DNA of 64,000 nucleotides from an uncultured Verrucomicrobiae bacterium (GCA_963762565.1 CAVXLD010000001.1:1408001-1472000); one strand, 5' to 3'; counted from the first letter of the stretch, positions 8,103-19,368 are shown. The notes: a model not told the origin generated them from the sequence alone. Numbers and translations: made by a program.

Positions 8103-10394
8103 ATGATCACCCCAGCGATGCTTAAGAGTTTCCTTCGCATTACCCGCTGGCTGTTTCTGGTGATGGTGTGTGCGGGACTCGTCTGGCTTGGTTGGTATGG
8201 ATACACCAAGGGGTTGGGGCGCCATTGGCGGTCTCTCCTGGAAAAAGAGTTCGCTCGGTACGGTCTCTACATCGACGTCGGCAAGATCACCTTGGATCCG
8301 TTCCGAGGTTTGATTGCGCGGGACGTACAAATATTTAACAACAAGGAAGAAGAGAATCTCCTGGCTGAGATCAATCAGGTCTCGCTCGATATCAATTACG
8401 CTAACCTTTTTCAACATGAGCCGGCCCTTAATTCCGTGGATCTGAGCGGCGCGACTCTGATTGTTCCGCTTAACTTTCGATCACCGCAGAGCGGCAAGGT
8501 TCGGGTCACAGATTTCCATTCCCGTATCTATTTGTTTCCGGGTCGGATCGAAGTGAGACAGGCATCAGCTCAGTTGTACGGGATCCGCATCAATGCAGCG
8601 GCGACTCTGATTCATCCTGGGAACATCTCTACGGCGGTAGCCGCGGTGGCAAACGACCCGGATCCGTCGGATGTCACTATCAAGTTCATTGCCAATCTCT
8701 TTCACGAGCTTCGCAGGATGCGTTACCCGGAGCCGGCGGTGCTGAGCTTCTCTTTTCAGATGGACCTGGCGAACCCGCGAGATTGGCGGATCAGTGATGG
8801 CAGCTTAGTTGCCCCAGATGTCAAGAAAAGCAGCGCGGAGCTAAAAGACCTTGCTGCCAAATTCAGCTTTGAGAATCAGCGGCTTTCTCTTCACTCTTTG
8901 CATGTAACCGATTCCCGTGGCGAACTGTTTGCTCTCGGCACATGGGATGTCACTACCGGTGAAAAGAAGTTTCAGGTTCGGAGTACAATCGATCTCGCGC
9001 AACTGTTTCGGGACGAGCCCGGGTTTGACTGGTTACGTGAATGGGAGTTTGCGCAGCCGCCCGAGTTTGAGCTGGAAGGCGCTCTCCTGCGAAACTGGGA
9101 ACCCGAGATCATTGGAAAACTAAGTTTGGAACAGTTCTCCGTTCGAGGAGTTACCTTTCAGGGGTTACGCGCTGAATTTTCCAGGCGAGGTAAGTCTTGG
9201 ATGGCTTCTAACGTCGAGCTGACGCATCGAACTGGGACCGTGACAGGCGAAGTGATTGATCGGCCACAAGAATTTCGTCTGCGACTCCATTCTGCGCTCA
9301 ATCCAAAAGCGATAACCCCGCTGCTCCCGACCGCTTTCTTGTCGCTATTAGCCGATTGGGAATTTCAAGCGCCGCCCGTTGTGCAAATCGATTTACAGGG
9401 CTCGAGCCCCGAAATCCGGCGACTTAACGGTAGCGGTCAATGTTGGCTCGGCCCCAGTCGGTTTCGGGGCGTTTCCATCGATTCCGGCTCTGGCGCCTTT
9501 CGCCTGAAACCCTGGCAAATTTCTTTTGAAAATGTCCGCATCTCTCGCGCTGAAGGCGTGGCCAAATGCTCGTTTGTTTTTAATCTGCGGAGCAAGAAAC
9601 TGGCTCAGTTAGAGGCCGAAGCACACTTACAGCCGGCCGCCATCGCAGCTTGGTTCGCGCCTTCGTTTCTGCCTTTACTCGACCATTTTCAATTTTCACA
9701 AGCACCCGCGCTCAACCTCAAGTCGAATGAACAAAATGGCCGAGCCGAGCTTTCCATGCATATCGATGCAGACTCCGGAGTTGTCTTTCGGTGCGGGCTT
9801 TTGGAAATGCCGTTTGCCAGCGCCAGCGCGGACCTGCGTCAGAACCAAGACGAAACTGAGCTTACGATACCCAACGGCCGAATTGGTCAGGGTCAATGTT
9901 CCGTCACTGTCCAACAATCGCATCCGAACGCCACTCTCGACTCCGCGGTCAACTTCAATCGCGTTTCTCTGTCCGATCTTAGGATTCGCTCCACTTTTCT
10001 AGCCGGCTGGGAAGGAGAACTCAGCGGATGGTTAAAGAGTGGATTTGATGCTTCCGATTCGACTCGGGACCGAGCGGAAGGTAAATTAACACTGGAGACG
10101 GGCGACTTAAGTCAGCTGCATTTTGTCGAACCTGGGTTCAAGAAGCTGGTTTCCGCGGGGTTTAACCGGCTTGGACAGTTGGAGGTCGAGTTCGTCGTCG
10201 ATCTCGGCCTCCTCAAAATCAGCCAGTTGAGTTTAGTTTCTGGCGAACATGTTGTCGACCTGTCTGGGTCGGTTGATCTGAGCACTGGTGCAACCCAGCT
10301 GTCAGGCCATCTCGACCAAGAAGCCGCTATTGCTCGGGTCACGGGCAGCATCACCGATCCAGACTGGGAGCTCGTTTTCCCGCATCGGGATTGA
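8103..10394 (+). CDS. AsmA-like envelope protein
   Basis: N-terminal TM anchor followed by a long beta-rich periodic region; start could be 8118. Confidence 0.65.
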   Translation: MITPAMLKSFLRITRWLFLVMVCAGLVWLGWYGYTKGLGRHWRSLLEKEFARYGLYIDVGKITLDPFRGLIARDVQIFNNKEEENLLAEINQVSLDINYANLFQHEPALNSVDLSGATLIVPLNFRSPQSGKVRVTDFHSRIYLFPGRIEVRQASAQLYGIRINAAATLIHPGNISTAVAAVANDPDPSDVTIKFIANLFHELRRMRYPEPAVLSFSFQMDLANPRDWRISDGSLVAPDVKKSSAELKDLAAKFSFENQRLSLHSLHVTDSRGELFALGTWDVTTGEKKFQVRSTIDLAQLFRDEPGFDWLREWEFAQPPEFELEGALLRNWEPEIIGKLSLEQFSVRGVTFQGLRAEFSRRGKSWMASNVELTHRTGTVTGEVIDRPQEFRLRLHSALNPKAITPLLPTAFLSLLADWEFQAPPVVQIDLQGSSPEIRRLNGSGQCWLGPSRFRGVSIDSGSGAFRLKPWQISFENVRISRAEGVAKCSFVFNLRSKKLAQLEAEAHLQPAAIAAWFAPSFLPLLDHFQFSQAPALNLKSNEQNGRAELSMHIDADSGVVFRCGLLEMPFASASADLRQNQDETELTIPNGRIGQGQCSVTVQQSHPNATLDSAVNFNRVSLSDLRIRSTFLAGWEGELSGWLKSGFDASDSTRDRAEGKLTLETGDLSQLHFVEPGFKKLVSAGFNRLGQLEVEFVVDLGLLKISQLSLVSGEHVVDLSGSVDLSTGATQLSGHLDQEAAIARVTGSITDPDWELVFPHRD

Positions 10395-10425
10395 CAAGCC
10401 AACAGCGAGATCGGAGCGGGCGACA

Positions 10426-10539
10426 GGAGTGATGGAGTAGCGGAGTGTTGGAGTAATGGAACGAAAGTGTTCGAGCGATCGGGTAGACAAGCGCACCCGC
10501 AGACCAATCACTAATCACCAATCACTTTTCACTTTTCAC
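10426..10539. repeat. Orphan tandem arms (GGAGTnnn 8-mer left; ACCAATC/ACTTTTC 7-mer right)
   Basis: GGAGTGATGGAGTAGCGGAGTGTTGGAGTAATGG and ACCAATCACTAATCACCAATCACTTTTCACTTTTCAC. Confidence 0.7.
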
Positions 10540-10557
10540 GGCTAACCACCCCTCCTA

Positions 10558-11430
10558 ATGCCCTCTCCACGTAAAACTTCGCCACCCCTACCTCCCCTGC
10601 TCGGTGCCCATATGTCAATCGCCGGTGGACCAGCTAAAGCGCTGGAACGGGGTCATTCCGTCGGTTGTACCGCGATACAGATTTTCGTGAAGAACAACAT
10701 GCAATGGTTTGCCAAGGATTTCAGCAACACTGAGCTTGAAACTTTCGCAAACTCTGCTTATCGGCCGAACATCGTGTTCGGTCACTCCAGTTATCTGATC
10801 AATCTTTGCGCCATAGACCCGGTGACTTTTGAGCGGTCGCGGCTTGCCTTGAAAGCCGAGCTGGAAAGAGCTGATCAGCTGAGGCTTCCGTTCCTGGTAA
10901 TGCATCCGGGCGCTCACATGGGAGAGGGCGCGGATACCGGATTGGCGCGTATCGCCGAAAGTTTGGACTTCGTTTTTGCGTCACTGCCGAAAGGGCGTTG
11001 TAAAATCGCCCTTGAAGCAACCGCTGGCCAAGGCAGTACCCTGGGCAGAAGTTTCGTGGAATTAGCCACCATAATTGATCGTTGCCGCTACCCGAAGCGT
11101 CTCTTGGTGTGTTTGGATACTGCCCATCTGTTCGCCGCCGGGTACGATATTTCTACACCAAAGAAGTTTTGGACTGTGTTTGCTGAATTCGAGAAAGAGA
11201 TTGGATCTGCACGTCTGGCAGCCTGGCATTTAAACGATTCCAAAGCGCCGCTTGGTTCCAGGGTCGACCGCCATGAGCACATCGGTAAAGGAAAAATCGG
11301 TCTCGCTCCCTTCCGTGAAATCATGCGTTCAGAGCAATTCAGCCAGATCCCGAAAGTCTTGGAAACCCCGAAAGGCGAAGACCTGGCAGAGGACCGGGTC
11401 AACCTAGGGGTGCTGCGGGCGCTGCTGTAG
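10558..11430 (+). CDS. nfo: Endonuclease IV
   Basis: GAHMSIAGG, HSSYLINL, HPGAH, EATAGQG, DTAH, HLNDSK, DRHEHIG and LETP motifs. Confidence 0.95.
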   Translation: MPSPRKTSPPLPPLLGAHMSIAGGPAKALERGHSVGCTAIQIFVKNNMQWFAKDFSNTELETFANSAYRPNIVFGHSSYLINLCAIDPVTFERSRLALKAELERADQLRLPFLVMHPGAHMGEGADTGLARIAESLDFVFASLPKGRCKIALEATAGQGSTLGRSFVELATIIDRCRYPKRLLVCLDTAHLFAAGYDISTPKKFWTVFAEFEKEIGSARLAAWHLNDSKAPLGSRVDRHEHIGKGKIGLAPFREIMRSEQFSQIPKVLETPKGEDLAEDRVNLGVLRALL

Positions 11431-11484
11431 ACGAGCGGGCGTATCGGCGAACGGGCGAATGGGCGCGACCGAAGCTGGACGTTG

Positions 11485-11747
11485 GTAGGGCGAGGCTCCG
11501 GAATTAGGGTTGAGGTCCGCAAAGCTGCCGGCGATTTTCCATATTACAGTCTGCAAAAGTCCGATTCACTGCCGAGTCGGGCCCAGCGCGACGCAACCGG
11601 AACCGGCTTTTGGAGTGCCCCATTGATTCCTGGCTATTGACGCATCAGGGGCCGCGGCTCGGCAGCGAATTGGTCTTGCACAAACTATCGTAGAAACCCG
11701 TTAGTAGCCTTGGAAATATCAGCATGGTTTCCGGACCCTCGCCCTAC
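11485..11747. mobile_element. REPIN/MITE-like element, family A, nested inside GGGCGAAT/ATTCGCCC 8-mer arms (11434-11792)
   Basis: GTAGGGCGAGGCTCCGGAA ... TTCCGGACCCTCGCCCTAC; inner CTGCCGAG / CTCGGCAG. Confidence 0.8.
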
Positions 11748-11791
11748 AAAAGCCGAGCTTCGCTCGCCCCTTCGCCCATTCGCCCTCTCGC

Positions 11792-13579
11792 CTACTGACT
11801 CGGCGCAACATACACGTCGTTCCGCACATAGGTACCCACATAACGGTAATGGCTTTTGATGTAGGCTAAGGACGCTGCCGCCCATACACTGAATCGGGAA
11901 GATTCGGTAGCATTGATCGGATCATCGTTGATTAAGATCACAGAGGGTTTCTTCTCTTCAATCGCGGCGATTGTCTCCGTATCAAACGTCGTGGGCCGAG
12001 TGGCATTATCGACATACAAATTATAAAGATAACTTCGGCGATTGGTCATGAAGTTGACTGTCGGCGCGTACGGATAACAAATGACCCAATCGTTCGGTGC
12101 TGAATTCTTGGTCACAACCTGATACAGACCATCGTATTCCGTCTTTTGCTCTTTCGTTAGATAGGCCAGGACACCGTTGTCAGCTCGAAACAATTCTTCG
12201 TGCGGCTTCTTGCGACCAATTGATCCCATCCACGGGACCGCTAACCCGTAATCCAGATAAAACCATAACTGTACTAGCAAAAGGAGCATCCATAGCCGGG
12301 TACTCCAGCGCAACCACCGCTGTGGAGACCTCCAACGCCGGAGTGCCATCTCAAAGGAACAGGCGGAAAGCACCAGGAGCGGACACATCATTTCACTCAA
12401 GTGTTGTGGGTCCGGCCGGAAAAAGAAATATTGCGGGAACAACGTGAAGGCGGAGCCCAGGCCGATGGCTAGAACCAGCGCTTCACTTTTTTCATCAGCC
12501 CGGTTTCTCCTCATCCCGGAAACCGCCAAGAATAGAGCGGCAACCGCCAGGATAGCCCCGCTCAAAAGGGGATAGTACAATAGGAAAACCAGGATCCGTT
12601 TTTTGCCGAACTTTTCCGTGAACATCTGCGTCCAGGCCGGCAATTTTCGTTCTGACCGATCAGCGACCCGCGCTGCCGGGGTCGCATTGGCCACAGGTTG
12701 GATAGGTGGCGACAGTTCTAAAGGATGCCTCGCCGGAGCCGGTTTCAGACTAGCGACACTCACCGCTTTCCCCTCAATAAACTGCCAATAGCTCAGATAA
12801 TTCTCCCAAAAAGCGCCAGCAAAACCGTGTTGCTCCGCATAATAAGTGACCGGTAAATGCACCACCAGAAAGGTCACCGGTAACGCGACAACGGTCAGCA
12901 GAGTAATATTGATGCGCCGCCGGACATCGCCCCCTCCTAGGAGCAAATAAGCCACCGCACTCGCCAATGCCACCCCGCAAAAGAAAATACCAAGATCGAT
13001 CCGGATCAAAAAAGTGAGCGCTACGGCCAGCGCCGCAACGATAACCCAGATCACACGATATTTAGGAGAAGGGTGCGGTAATGCGAAAGCTTCTAACAAT
13101 GCCGCCAGATTGCCGACGCCGAGAAGACCAAGGTAATTACGAAACTGGATTCCGGGTATCAAGATCAAAACCAGGGCGCAACCGAAGGCCAGCGCGCTCG
13201 AGTCGGAAACCCGGCGAACGGACCGATAAGCCAGCAACCCAGTGACGATCGAAAGGCCAAAAAAGAAGATGCGTACGACCGTAAAATTCGGCCCGAAGAC
13301 CTGAAACAGCCAAACGAGCGGATAGAACCAGAGCAAGTTGTAGCCGAGGAAGGTATCAACAAAGGGTCGTTGCCCTTGCAGCAACCTTTGCGCATACACC
13401 GCGGTGGTTCCGCCTTCCCCACCCAAGTCTAGCCCGGACAACGCGTACGTCGCGTAGTAGGCGATAGCAAAACCTAAAAGAAGCGCGGGGAGCCACCATC
13501 GTTTTAAGTGCGCTTTCTTCAGAGCTTCGGAAGTTGAGACAGGTTGTCTAAGCCCGTCGCCTGGCGCTAAGTCGGTCAC
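11792..13579 (-). CDS. Polytopic membrane protein, probable GT-C (ArnT/PMT-like) glycosyltransferase
   Basis: GGEG...AQRLLQGQRPFVD loop after TM1; many TM segments; soluble C-terminal domain. Confidence 0.65.
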   Translation of the reverse strand: MTDLAPGDGLRQPVSTSEALKKAHLKRWWLPALLLGFAIAYYATYALSGLDLGGEGGTTAVYAQRLLQGQRPFVDTFLGYNLLWFYPLVWLFQVFGPNFTVVRIFFFGLSIVTGLLAYRSVRRVSDSSALAFGCALVLILIPGIQFRNYLGLLGVGNLAALLEAFALPHPSPKYRVIWVIVAALAVALTFLIRIDLGIFFCGVALASAVAYLLLGGGDVRRRINITLLTVVALPVTFLVVHLPVTYYAEQHGFAGAFWENYLSYWQFIEGKAVSVASLKPAPARHPLELSPPIQPVANATPAARVADRSERKLPAWTQMFTEKFGKKRILVFLLYYPLLSGAILAVAALFLAVSGMRRNRADEKSEALVLAIGLGSAFTLFPQYFFFRPDPQHLSEMMCPLLVLSACSFEMALRRWRSPQRWLRWSTRLWMLLLLVQLWFYLDYGLAVPWMGSIGRKKPHEELFRADNGVLAYLTKEQKTEYDGLYQVVTKNSAPNDWVICYPYAPTVNFMTNRRSYLYNLYVDNATRPTTFDTETIAAIEEKKPSVILINDDPINATESSRFSVWAAASLAYIKSHYRYVGTYVRNDVYVAPSQ

Positions 13580-13669
13580 AGGACTCGCCTCGATAAGCTT
13601 CGTCCCTAGGCTTGGGCAAGTGGAAAATAAATATTGCTATTTTTTATTCGCTATTTGCTATTTCCTCCC

Positions 13670-14641
13670 ATGACTCACCTCGAACGCGGTAAACTCGTGA
13701 TCAATCTCGAGATCGAGGAATTGAAACGCCTGGTTGATCGCCTCGACGATCGGTTCAGCCAAGCGGTTGAATTGCTACGCACCACCGTGGAAACGGGCAA
13801 GAAGGTGATCGTCTTGGGCGTAGGCAAATCGGGTCAGGTCGGCGAGAAGATAGCAGCCACATTGACCAGCACCGGATCTCCGGCCGTAGTTTTGAATCCA
13901 CTGAACGCTCTGCACGGCGATCTCGGCATTGTTAGCGCTGGTGATGCCGTATTAGCGCTAAGTTACGGTGGCGAGACCGCGGAGTTATTAAACATTCTGC
14001 CAGCCTTAAAACGCTTTGATGTCCAGATGATCGCTTTCACCGGGATGCTGTCTTCAACCTTAGCGAGACACAGTAACATCGTGTTAGATTGCTCCGTCCA
14101 ACAGGAAGCCTGCCCTTTAAATCTGGCGCCTACGGCTAGTACCACAGCCATGCTCGCACTGGGAGACGCTTTGGCCATGGCTTTGCTCGAAGCGAGAGGC
14201 TTTCAACGAGAGGATTTCGCTAAATTTCATCCGGGTGGCCGCCTAGGGAGAGTGCTCCTACAACGGGTCACCGATGTAATGCGCCCGGAAGATCGGATGG
14301 CGGTCGTTGCGCCGGATACGGATGTCTTAGGGGTGTTACATACAATGAATGAATGCCGGGCCGGCCTGGCTGTGGTGGTGAACGCAGACGGCAAATTAGC
14401 CGGGATCTTTACCCACGGAGATTTTGTCCGTTCGTTTGAGCGTAACCCGGCAATGACCGGGGATCCGGTAGCTCAGTACATGAATAAACATCCGGTCACT
14501 ATCGGTGTTAATCGTCTCGCGGTTGAAGTGCTCAACGTTCTGGCACAACATCGAATTGACGATTTAGTGGTAGTCGACGACAGGAATCACCCAGTCGGCA
14601 TTGTCGATTCACAGGATTTGACGAAGTTAAACCTTCTGTAA
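13670..14641 (+). CDS. kdsD: KpsF/GutQ arabinose-5-phosphate isomerase
   Basis: GVGKSG, HGDLG, EACPLNLAPTAST and FHPGG motifs, CBS pair; ATG at 13670. Confidence 0.92.
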   Translation: MTHLERGKLVINLEIEELKRLVDRLDDRFSQAVELLRTTVETGKKVIVLGVGKSGQVGEKIAATLTSTGSPAVVLNPLNALHGDLGIVSAGDAVLALSYGGETAELLNILPALKRFDVQMIAFTGMLSSTLARHSNIVLDCSVQQEACPLNLAPTASTTAMLALGDALAMALLEARGFQREDFAKFHPGGRLGRVLLQRVTDVMRPEDRMAVVAPDTDVLGVLHTMNECRAGLAVVVNADGKLAGIFTHGDFVRSFERNPAMTGDPVAQYMNKHPVTIGVNRLAVEVLNVLAQHRIDDLVVVDDRNHPVGIVDSQDLTKLNLL

Positions 14642-14693
14642 TTGTTACCGTCTTTTCGTGATAAGCTAATTTAGCGTCGGGTAATCGTTTTTT

Positions 14694-15251
14694 ATGGCAG
14701 CAGCAAATGACCTCCGCAAAGGAATGGCTCTTCGTTACAACGGCGATATCGCCGTCATTCTTGACGTTCAACATCGCACCCCGGGTAATCTTCGGGCCTT
14801 CGTGCAGGCGACCCTGAGAAGCATTCGGACCGGCAAATCCAGCAACGTTCGCTTTAGCTCGACCGAAACCGTGGAACTGGTCGACGTGAACCGCCGGAAA
14901 CTAGAGTACAGTTATAAGGATCAAGACGGCTACGTTTTCATGGATCCGGAGACCTACGAAACGGAGACACTGAACGCAGAACTTCTAGCCAGTGCGAACG
15001 AGTTTTTGACGGAGAATCTCGCCGTGGACGTGCTTTACGCGGAGGGGAAAGCAGTTGAGGTCGAGTTACCTTCGTCGGTGACATTAAAGGTGGTCGAAGC
15101 GCCGGAAGGTCTGCGAGGCGATAGCGCCACCAATGTGCAAAAATCGGCTAAGCTGGAGACCGGCAAAATGGTTCAGGTACCTTTGTTCATTAAAGAAGGT
15201 GAACTGATTCGGGTCGATACTCGCACAGGTGCGTACATGGGACGGGCCTGA
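14694..15251 (+). CDS. efp: Elongation factor P (PGN tip)
   Basis: HRTPGNLRAFVQ, FMDPETYE, GLRGDS, LETG and VPLFI motifs. Confidence 0.95.
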   Translation: MAAANDLRKGMALRYNGDIAVILDVQHRTPGNLRAFVQATLRSIRTGKSSNVRFSSTETVELVDVNRRKLEYSYKDQDGYVFMDPETYETETLNAELLASANEFLTENLAVDVLYAEGKAVEVELPSSVTLKVVEAPEGLRGDSATNVQKSAKLETGKMVQVPLFIKEGELIRVDTRTGAYMGRA

Positions 15252-15260
15252 GGAACGCCG

Positions 15261-15537
15261 TGGTAGGGCGAGGCTCCGGACCAACCTAAAAAGTTGAGCA
15301 AAAGGTATGCAACTAACGCGAAGACCCCGCGTGCCGCGCCAAGACGCCGCCGAGCCGTTTCCAGGATGTGAGCTCAGACCATTTGCGACCAAGTAAGTTC
15401 AGTCCCCTACCTCGACAATCCTTGGTGGCTAACCAGGGGTCACGGCTCGGCAGTTTTTCGTTCCGGCTTATTTTTCGACCAGATCTGCGTAGTCGCCTTG
15501 CAGACCATTTCGGTCTGATTGGAGCCTCGCCCTACCA
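15261..15537. mobile_element. REPIN/MITE-like element, family A
   Basis: TGGTAGGGCGAGGCTCC ... GGAGCCTCGCCCTACCA; inner GCCGAGCCGT / ACGGCTCGGC. Confidence 0.8.
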
Positions 15538-15549
15538 TCGCTCGTTTCC

Positions 15550-16308
15550 ATGACCACGAAACGGCGCAAATTAAAGAGCAGCGCTCTTTACAAGCAGAGC
15601 CGAGCGCCAACAAGGCAAGAGCTCGCTATTCCCATCCGCTGGCTTAAACAGGTGATCGGCCTCTTCCTCTTGCCGGTCGCCTGGATATTGACTCGAGCAT
15701 TTTTTTGTAGTTTCTCGCAAGCCACTATTAATCACTCCTTCTGGCTCTCCGAAGAATTCTGGTTCTTTTCTCTCGGAGCCGTTCTCTGGCTAATCGCGTT
15801 TGTCGGGTTGCCCAAGCCGATGGTGATGTACGTGTTCGGTCACGAGTTGACCCATGCTCTTTGGGTCTGGTTGATGGGCGGAAAAGTGCGCGAATTTCGG
15901 ATTGGCTCTGACGGCGGCCATATCGTGACGGATACCACCAATTTATGGATCGCATTGGCTCCGTATTTTTGTCCGATTTACAGCGTTATCGTCTTCGGAA
16001 TTTACGGTGGTCTAGGGTTGTTCTTCGATCTAGAGCCATATCATCGCTGGCTCTTCGGATGTATCGGATTCACCTGGATGTTCCATATCACTTTTACCCT
16101 GTGGATGCTGTGGAACGGACAGAGCGACCTGATCGAGCATGGAACCTTCTTCTCCATGATGGTGATCTATCTGCTGAATTTCTTGGTCCTGAGCTTGATG
16201 CTGATTCTGGCCAGCCGCGATGTCACTTTCGCTTCCTTCGGCAAAGAATTACTCGCCGGAGCGATGGATTTCTCCGATGGGATCGTGCGATTGGTCGGAG
16301 CCAAGTGA
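15550..16308 (+). CDS. Membrane metalloprotease-like protein (M50-like)
   Basis: HELTH motif in a hydrophobic context, LAPY, SD near the C-terminus. Confidence 0.7.
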   Translation: MTTKRRKLKSSALYKQSRAPTRQELAIPIRWLKQVIGLFLLPVAWILTRAFFCSFSQATINHSFWLSEEFWFFSLGAVLWLIAFVGLPKPMVMYVFGHELTHALWVWLMGGKVREFRIGSDGGHIVTDTTNLWIALAPYFCPIYSVIVFGIYGGLGLFFDLEPYHRWLFGCIGFTWMFHITFTLWMLWNGQSDLIEHGTFFSMMVIYLLNFLVLSLMLILASRDVTFASFGKELLAGAMDFSDGIVRLVGAK

Positions 16309-16338
16309 GCGCTACAGCGCTTCGAATGGTCTGCAGCA

Positions 16339-16570
16339 CTGGAGGGGAGCCGCTTTATCGCAGGGCAGCTCTATGAGGTGGCAGCAAGCGGCTCCCGGGA
16401 AGAACCCAGCATGTACCATTACCGCTGGGTTGGTTGGGCAAAACAGCTTTGAAGAGCCGATAAAACGAACGCAATCAGGGACCGTTCCCGGGAGCCGCCT
16501 GCTAGCCCCGAAAGCTTTCGAGGCTAGCAACCGATAGAGCTAGCAAAGCTACAAAGCGGCTCCCCTCCAG
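16339..16570. mobile_element. REPIN/MITE-like element, family B
   Basis: CTGGAGGGGAGCCGCTTT ... AAAGCGGCTCCCCTCCAG; inner GCGGCTCCCGGGAA / TTCCCGGGAGCCGC. Confidence 0.8.
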
Positions 16571-16708
16571 CGCGAGAGAGCAAATCCGTACGCTGGAACG
16601 AAAACCGCTTTCGACGACGACAACAGCCTGCCCGACGAACCTTTAGGTTTATAGGGAAGCAGCTCGGGCGGTGAGCGAAGTCGGGAGTACGACACTTGCG
16701 GTCGCGCG

Positions 16709-17137
16709 CTAACTCTTCAGATGACCAAACTCCAATTCCCAGTGCGCCGGCAATCGCATGACTTTCATGTCGGGGAGCTTGACGACCACCAACATCTGTC
16801 TGCAGGTGATCAGCAATTCATTACCGGCCTCTCGCCTGATCGTGAACGCGCACCAGAACCGGGATCGCTCGAATTTTTCTAACTGTCCGTGTACAACCAG
16901 CTTATCCCAAAGCCGGGCCGGACGGCGGTAATCGATCTCAGTCCTCACCACCACCGGACATTCTTGCAGGTCCATCATTTCTCCGAGCTTCCACCCCAAC
17001 TTTTCCGCCAGTAACGACCGGTTGGTTTCGATGAAACGCAGGTAAGCAATGTTATGAACAACCCCTCCGGCATCGGTATCAAAAAACATTACTCGCTCGG
17101 TCGTTTCCAGGGTTGGAGCGTGGTTCTTCGGATCCAT
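16709..17137 (-). CDS. Acyl-CoA thioesterase (YbgC/4HBT family)
   Basis: DTDAGGVVHNIAYLRFIE hotdog-fold motif. Confidence 0.88.
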   Translation of the reverse strand: MDPKNHAPTLETTERVMFFDTDAGGVVHNIAYLRFIETNRSLLAEKLGWKLGEMMDLQECPVVVRTEIDYRRPARLWDKLVVHGQLEKFERSRFWCAFTIRREAGNELLITCRQMLVVVKLPDMKVMRLPAHWELEFGHLKS

Positions 17138-17171
17138 AGTCAGCGCGCTAACTCGCTCTAGGCTCGTCAGC

Positions 17172-17257
17172 GAATAGCAAATAGCAAATAGCAGATAGCA
17201 AACGAGGTCACAAACGGGCCAGCGCTACTCCAGCAGACGATTTGCTATTTGCTATTC
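17172..17257. repeat. Inverted TAGCAAA heptamer array pair
   Basis: GAATAGCAAATAGCAAATAGCAGATAGCAAA ... TTTGCTATTTGCTATTC. Confidence 0.85.
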
Positions 17258-19368
17258 CGAACCTCCTTCAGGCGAGTTCGGAGGTCGTCCGTCGTCGTGA
17301 CCGGCGGTTCACAAGCAAAATGCCGGCAAACATAGGCGGCGGCTTTACCATCAATCAGCCTCATGCCTTTAAGCGCCGGCATATGCTGAGAAAGCCAAGA
17401 ATCGCTTTCATCGGCGTAGAGTACGATTTTGTCTGGTGAGAAGAGTTGGCCAATCACTTTGATTAGGGGTTCTTCATTCTTGTCCTGAGTGGCGATCACC
17501 ACTTGGACCGGCTCCGCCAACAATCCACACAATGCCGCCAGCATTTGAGGTACCGCAGCAGGGCTCCGCTCCAGGACAGCGGCGTAGCTGGTCATGATCC
17601 GGTAAGCACCGTCTCGGAACTCCGTTAGGTCAAAGATCCAACCCAGCCGGAGCAGGTTCATCGCAGCAACGGAGTTAGCCGCCGGCTCGGCGCCATCATG
17701 GTCATCTCTTAACCGAAACAAGATATCCGCCGCCCCTTCTTCGGTGCTGAAATAGCCGCCTTTCGGATCAGCAAATAAAGCTCCCATTTGCACCTGGAGC
17801 TCACCCGCCCAACGCAACCATCGGGTATCAAAGTCTGCCTCGTACAAGTCCAATAAACCTTGGATGAGAAACGCGTAATCCTCGGCAAACGCGTAAATCG
17901 AACTCGGACCTTCACGATAGCTGCGCAGTAAACGCTTATGGTAAAGGTGACGTTGAATGAAATCTGCGGCTCGTTGCGCCGTTTCTAGATGCTGCACCTC
18001 TCCCAATACCTGATAAGCCTTGGCGAATGCCGTAATCGTCATCCCGTTCCAAGCGGTGACGATTTTATCGTCCAGGTGCGGACGCGGACGGCGAGAACGA
18101 ATTTCGAACAATTTCTTTTGAGCTGACGCCAAAAGCTGTTGGATAACATCCACGGGCTTACCCGTGAGCTTCGCCACCAACTCCGGTTCAGTTTGTCGGA
18201 ACAGAACATTTTGGCTGCCTAACTCACCGTGCGGGTCACTGTCAGGAGAGACGTTTCCTGCCTGTTCCACTCCAAAAGTACGGCGAAACACGGTGGCTTC
18301 GTCCGGCGTCAGGTACTCATTAATTTCGTCAGCGGTCCAAACGTAAAAGGCACCTTCTCGTTTGTGATCCGCCTCGGCGCTAGGCAAACTATCGGCATCT
18401 TCCGCGGAATAGAACCCGCCTACAGAAGAGGTCAGGTCTCGTTTGATATAGGCCAAGGTTTCACGCGCAACTTGCGCAAACCAACTGTCCTGAGAGATTT
18501 GGAACGCTTCTAAGTAGACGACTGCCAATTGGGCCTGATCGTACAACATTTTTTCAAAATGGGGCACGTGCCAGCGCGCATCGACCGAGTATCGGTGAAA
18601 GCCGCCACCCAGGTGATCATACATCCCGCCATCCGCCATTTTTTTGAGGCTGAACAAGGCCATATCCCGGGCTTGATCTGAACCCGTTCGGTACCAATAC
18701 CGGAAAAGAAAATTGAAGACGGCTGGACGCGGAAACTTAGGGGCAGGACTGAATCCCCCTTCGTCCGGGTCGAAGCCCTGAGCCAGTTGTTGATAGCCCA
18801 GGTCGAGCCATTCTTCGCGCGGCGCCGAGATATCTTTGGCGGACGTATTGACTAGATAAGATTGGATCGCGTCGGTGAACCGATTGCCTTGCTCGACAAT
18901 CTTTTCGGGTTGTTTTGCCCAGATGTCGGCCAGACGGGTCAACAAAGAACCAAAGCCCGGACGGCCATATCGATCATCCGGTGGATAATACGTGCCTCCC
19001 AAAAACGGTTGGATCGTGGGTGTCAGGAACACACTCATCGGCCAACCACCGGAGCCAGTGGTACTTTGTACAAAGAGCATGTAGACCCGATCAACATCAG
19101 GTCGTTCTTCGCGGTCGACCTTAATGCTGATAAAGTGCTCGTTGAGGAGGGCGGCGATGGCAGGGTTTTCGAACGATTCGTGCTCCATGACGTGGCACCA
19201 ATGGCAGGTCGAATATCCGATCGACAGAAAAATCAGTTTGTTCTCAGATCGCGCGTTGGCGAAGGCCTCTTCTCCCCATGGATACCAGTCCACCGGGTTG
19301 TGCGCGTGTTGGAGCAAGTAGGGCGATCTTTCGCTGATCAGCCGATTTGTGTGAGGTTCCCCGCTCAT
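17245..19368 (-). CDS. Thioredoxin-domain protein YyaL/SSP411 family
   Basis: [23 protein letters not shown] and PHFEKMLYD motifs; ATG at 19368. Confidence 0.92.
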   Translation of the reverse strand: MSGEPHTNRLISERSPYLLQHAHNPVDWYPWGEEAFANARSENKLIFLSIGYSTCHWCHVMEHESFENPAIAALLNEHFISIKVDREERPDVDRVYMLFVQSTTGSGGWPMSVFLTPTIQPFLGGTYYPPDDRYGRPGFGSLLTRLADIWAKQPEKIVEQGNRFTDAIQSYLVNTSAKDISAPREEWLDLGYQQLAQGFDPDEGGFSPAPKFPRPAVFNFLFRYWYRTGSDQARDMALFSLKKMADGGMYDHLGGGFHRYSVDARWHVPHFEKMLYDQAQLAVVYLEAFQISQDSWFAQVARETLAYIKRDLTSSVGGFYSAEDADSLPSAEADHKREGAFYVWTADEINEYLTPDEATVFRRTFGVEQAGNVSPDSDPHGELGSQNVLFRQTEPELVAKLTGKPVDVIQQLLASAQKKLFEIRSRRPRPHLDDKIVTAWNGMTITAFAKAYQVLGEVQHLETAQRAADFIQRHLYHKRLLRSYREGPSSIYAFAEDYAFLIQGLLDLYEADFDTRWLRWAGELQVQMGALFADPKGGYFSTEEGAADILFRLRDDHDGAEPAANSVAAMNLLRLGWIFDLTEFRDGAYRIMTSYAAVLERSPAAVPQMLAALCGLLAEPVQVVIATQDKNEEPLIKVIGQLFSPDKIVLYADESDSWLSQHMPALKGMRLIDGKAAAYVCRHFACEPPVTTTDDLRTRLKEVRNSK

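Noticed and set aside
7665..8125. ORFs 7665-8042 and 7724-8125 (and similar 2916-3287, 27541-27867, 34164-34535, 59637-59948)
   Set aside because: They lie over GC-rich palindromic elements; recurring peptides such as PEPRPT and RSLAPP are translations of the terminal repeats
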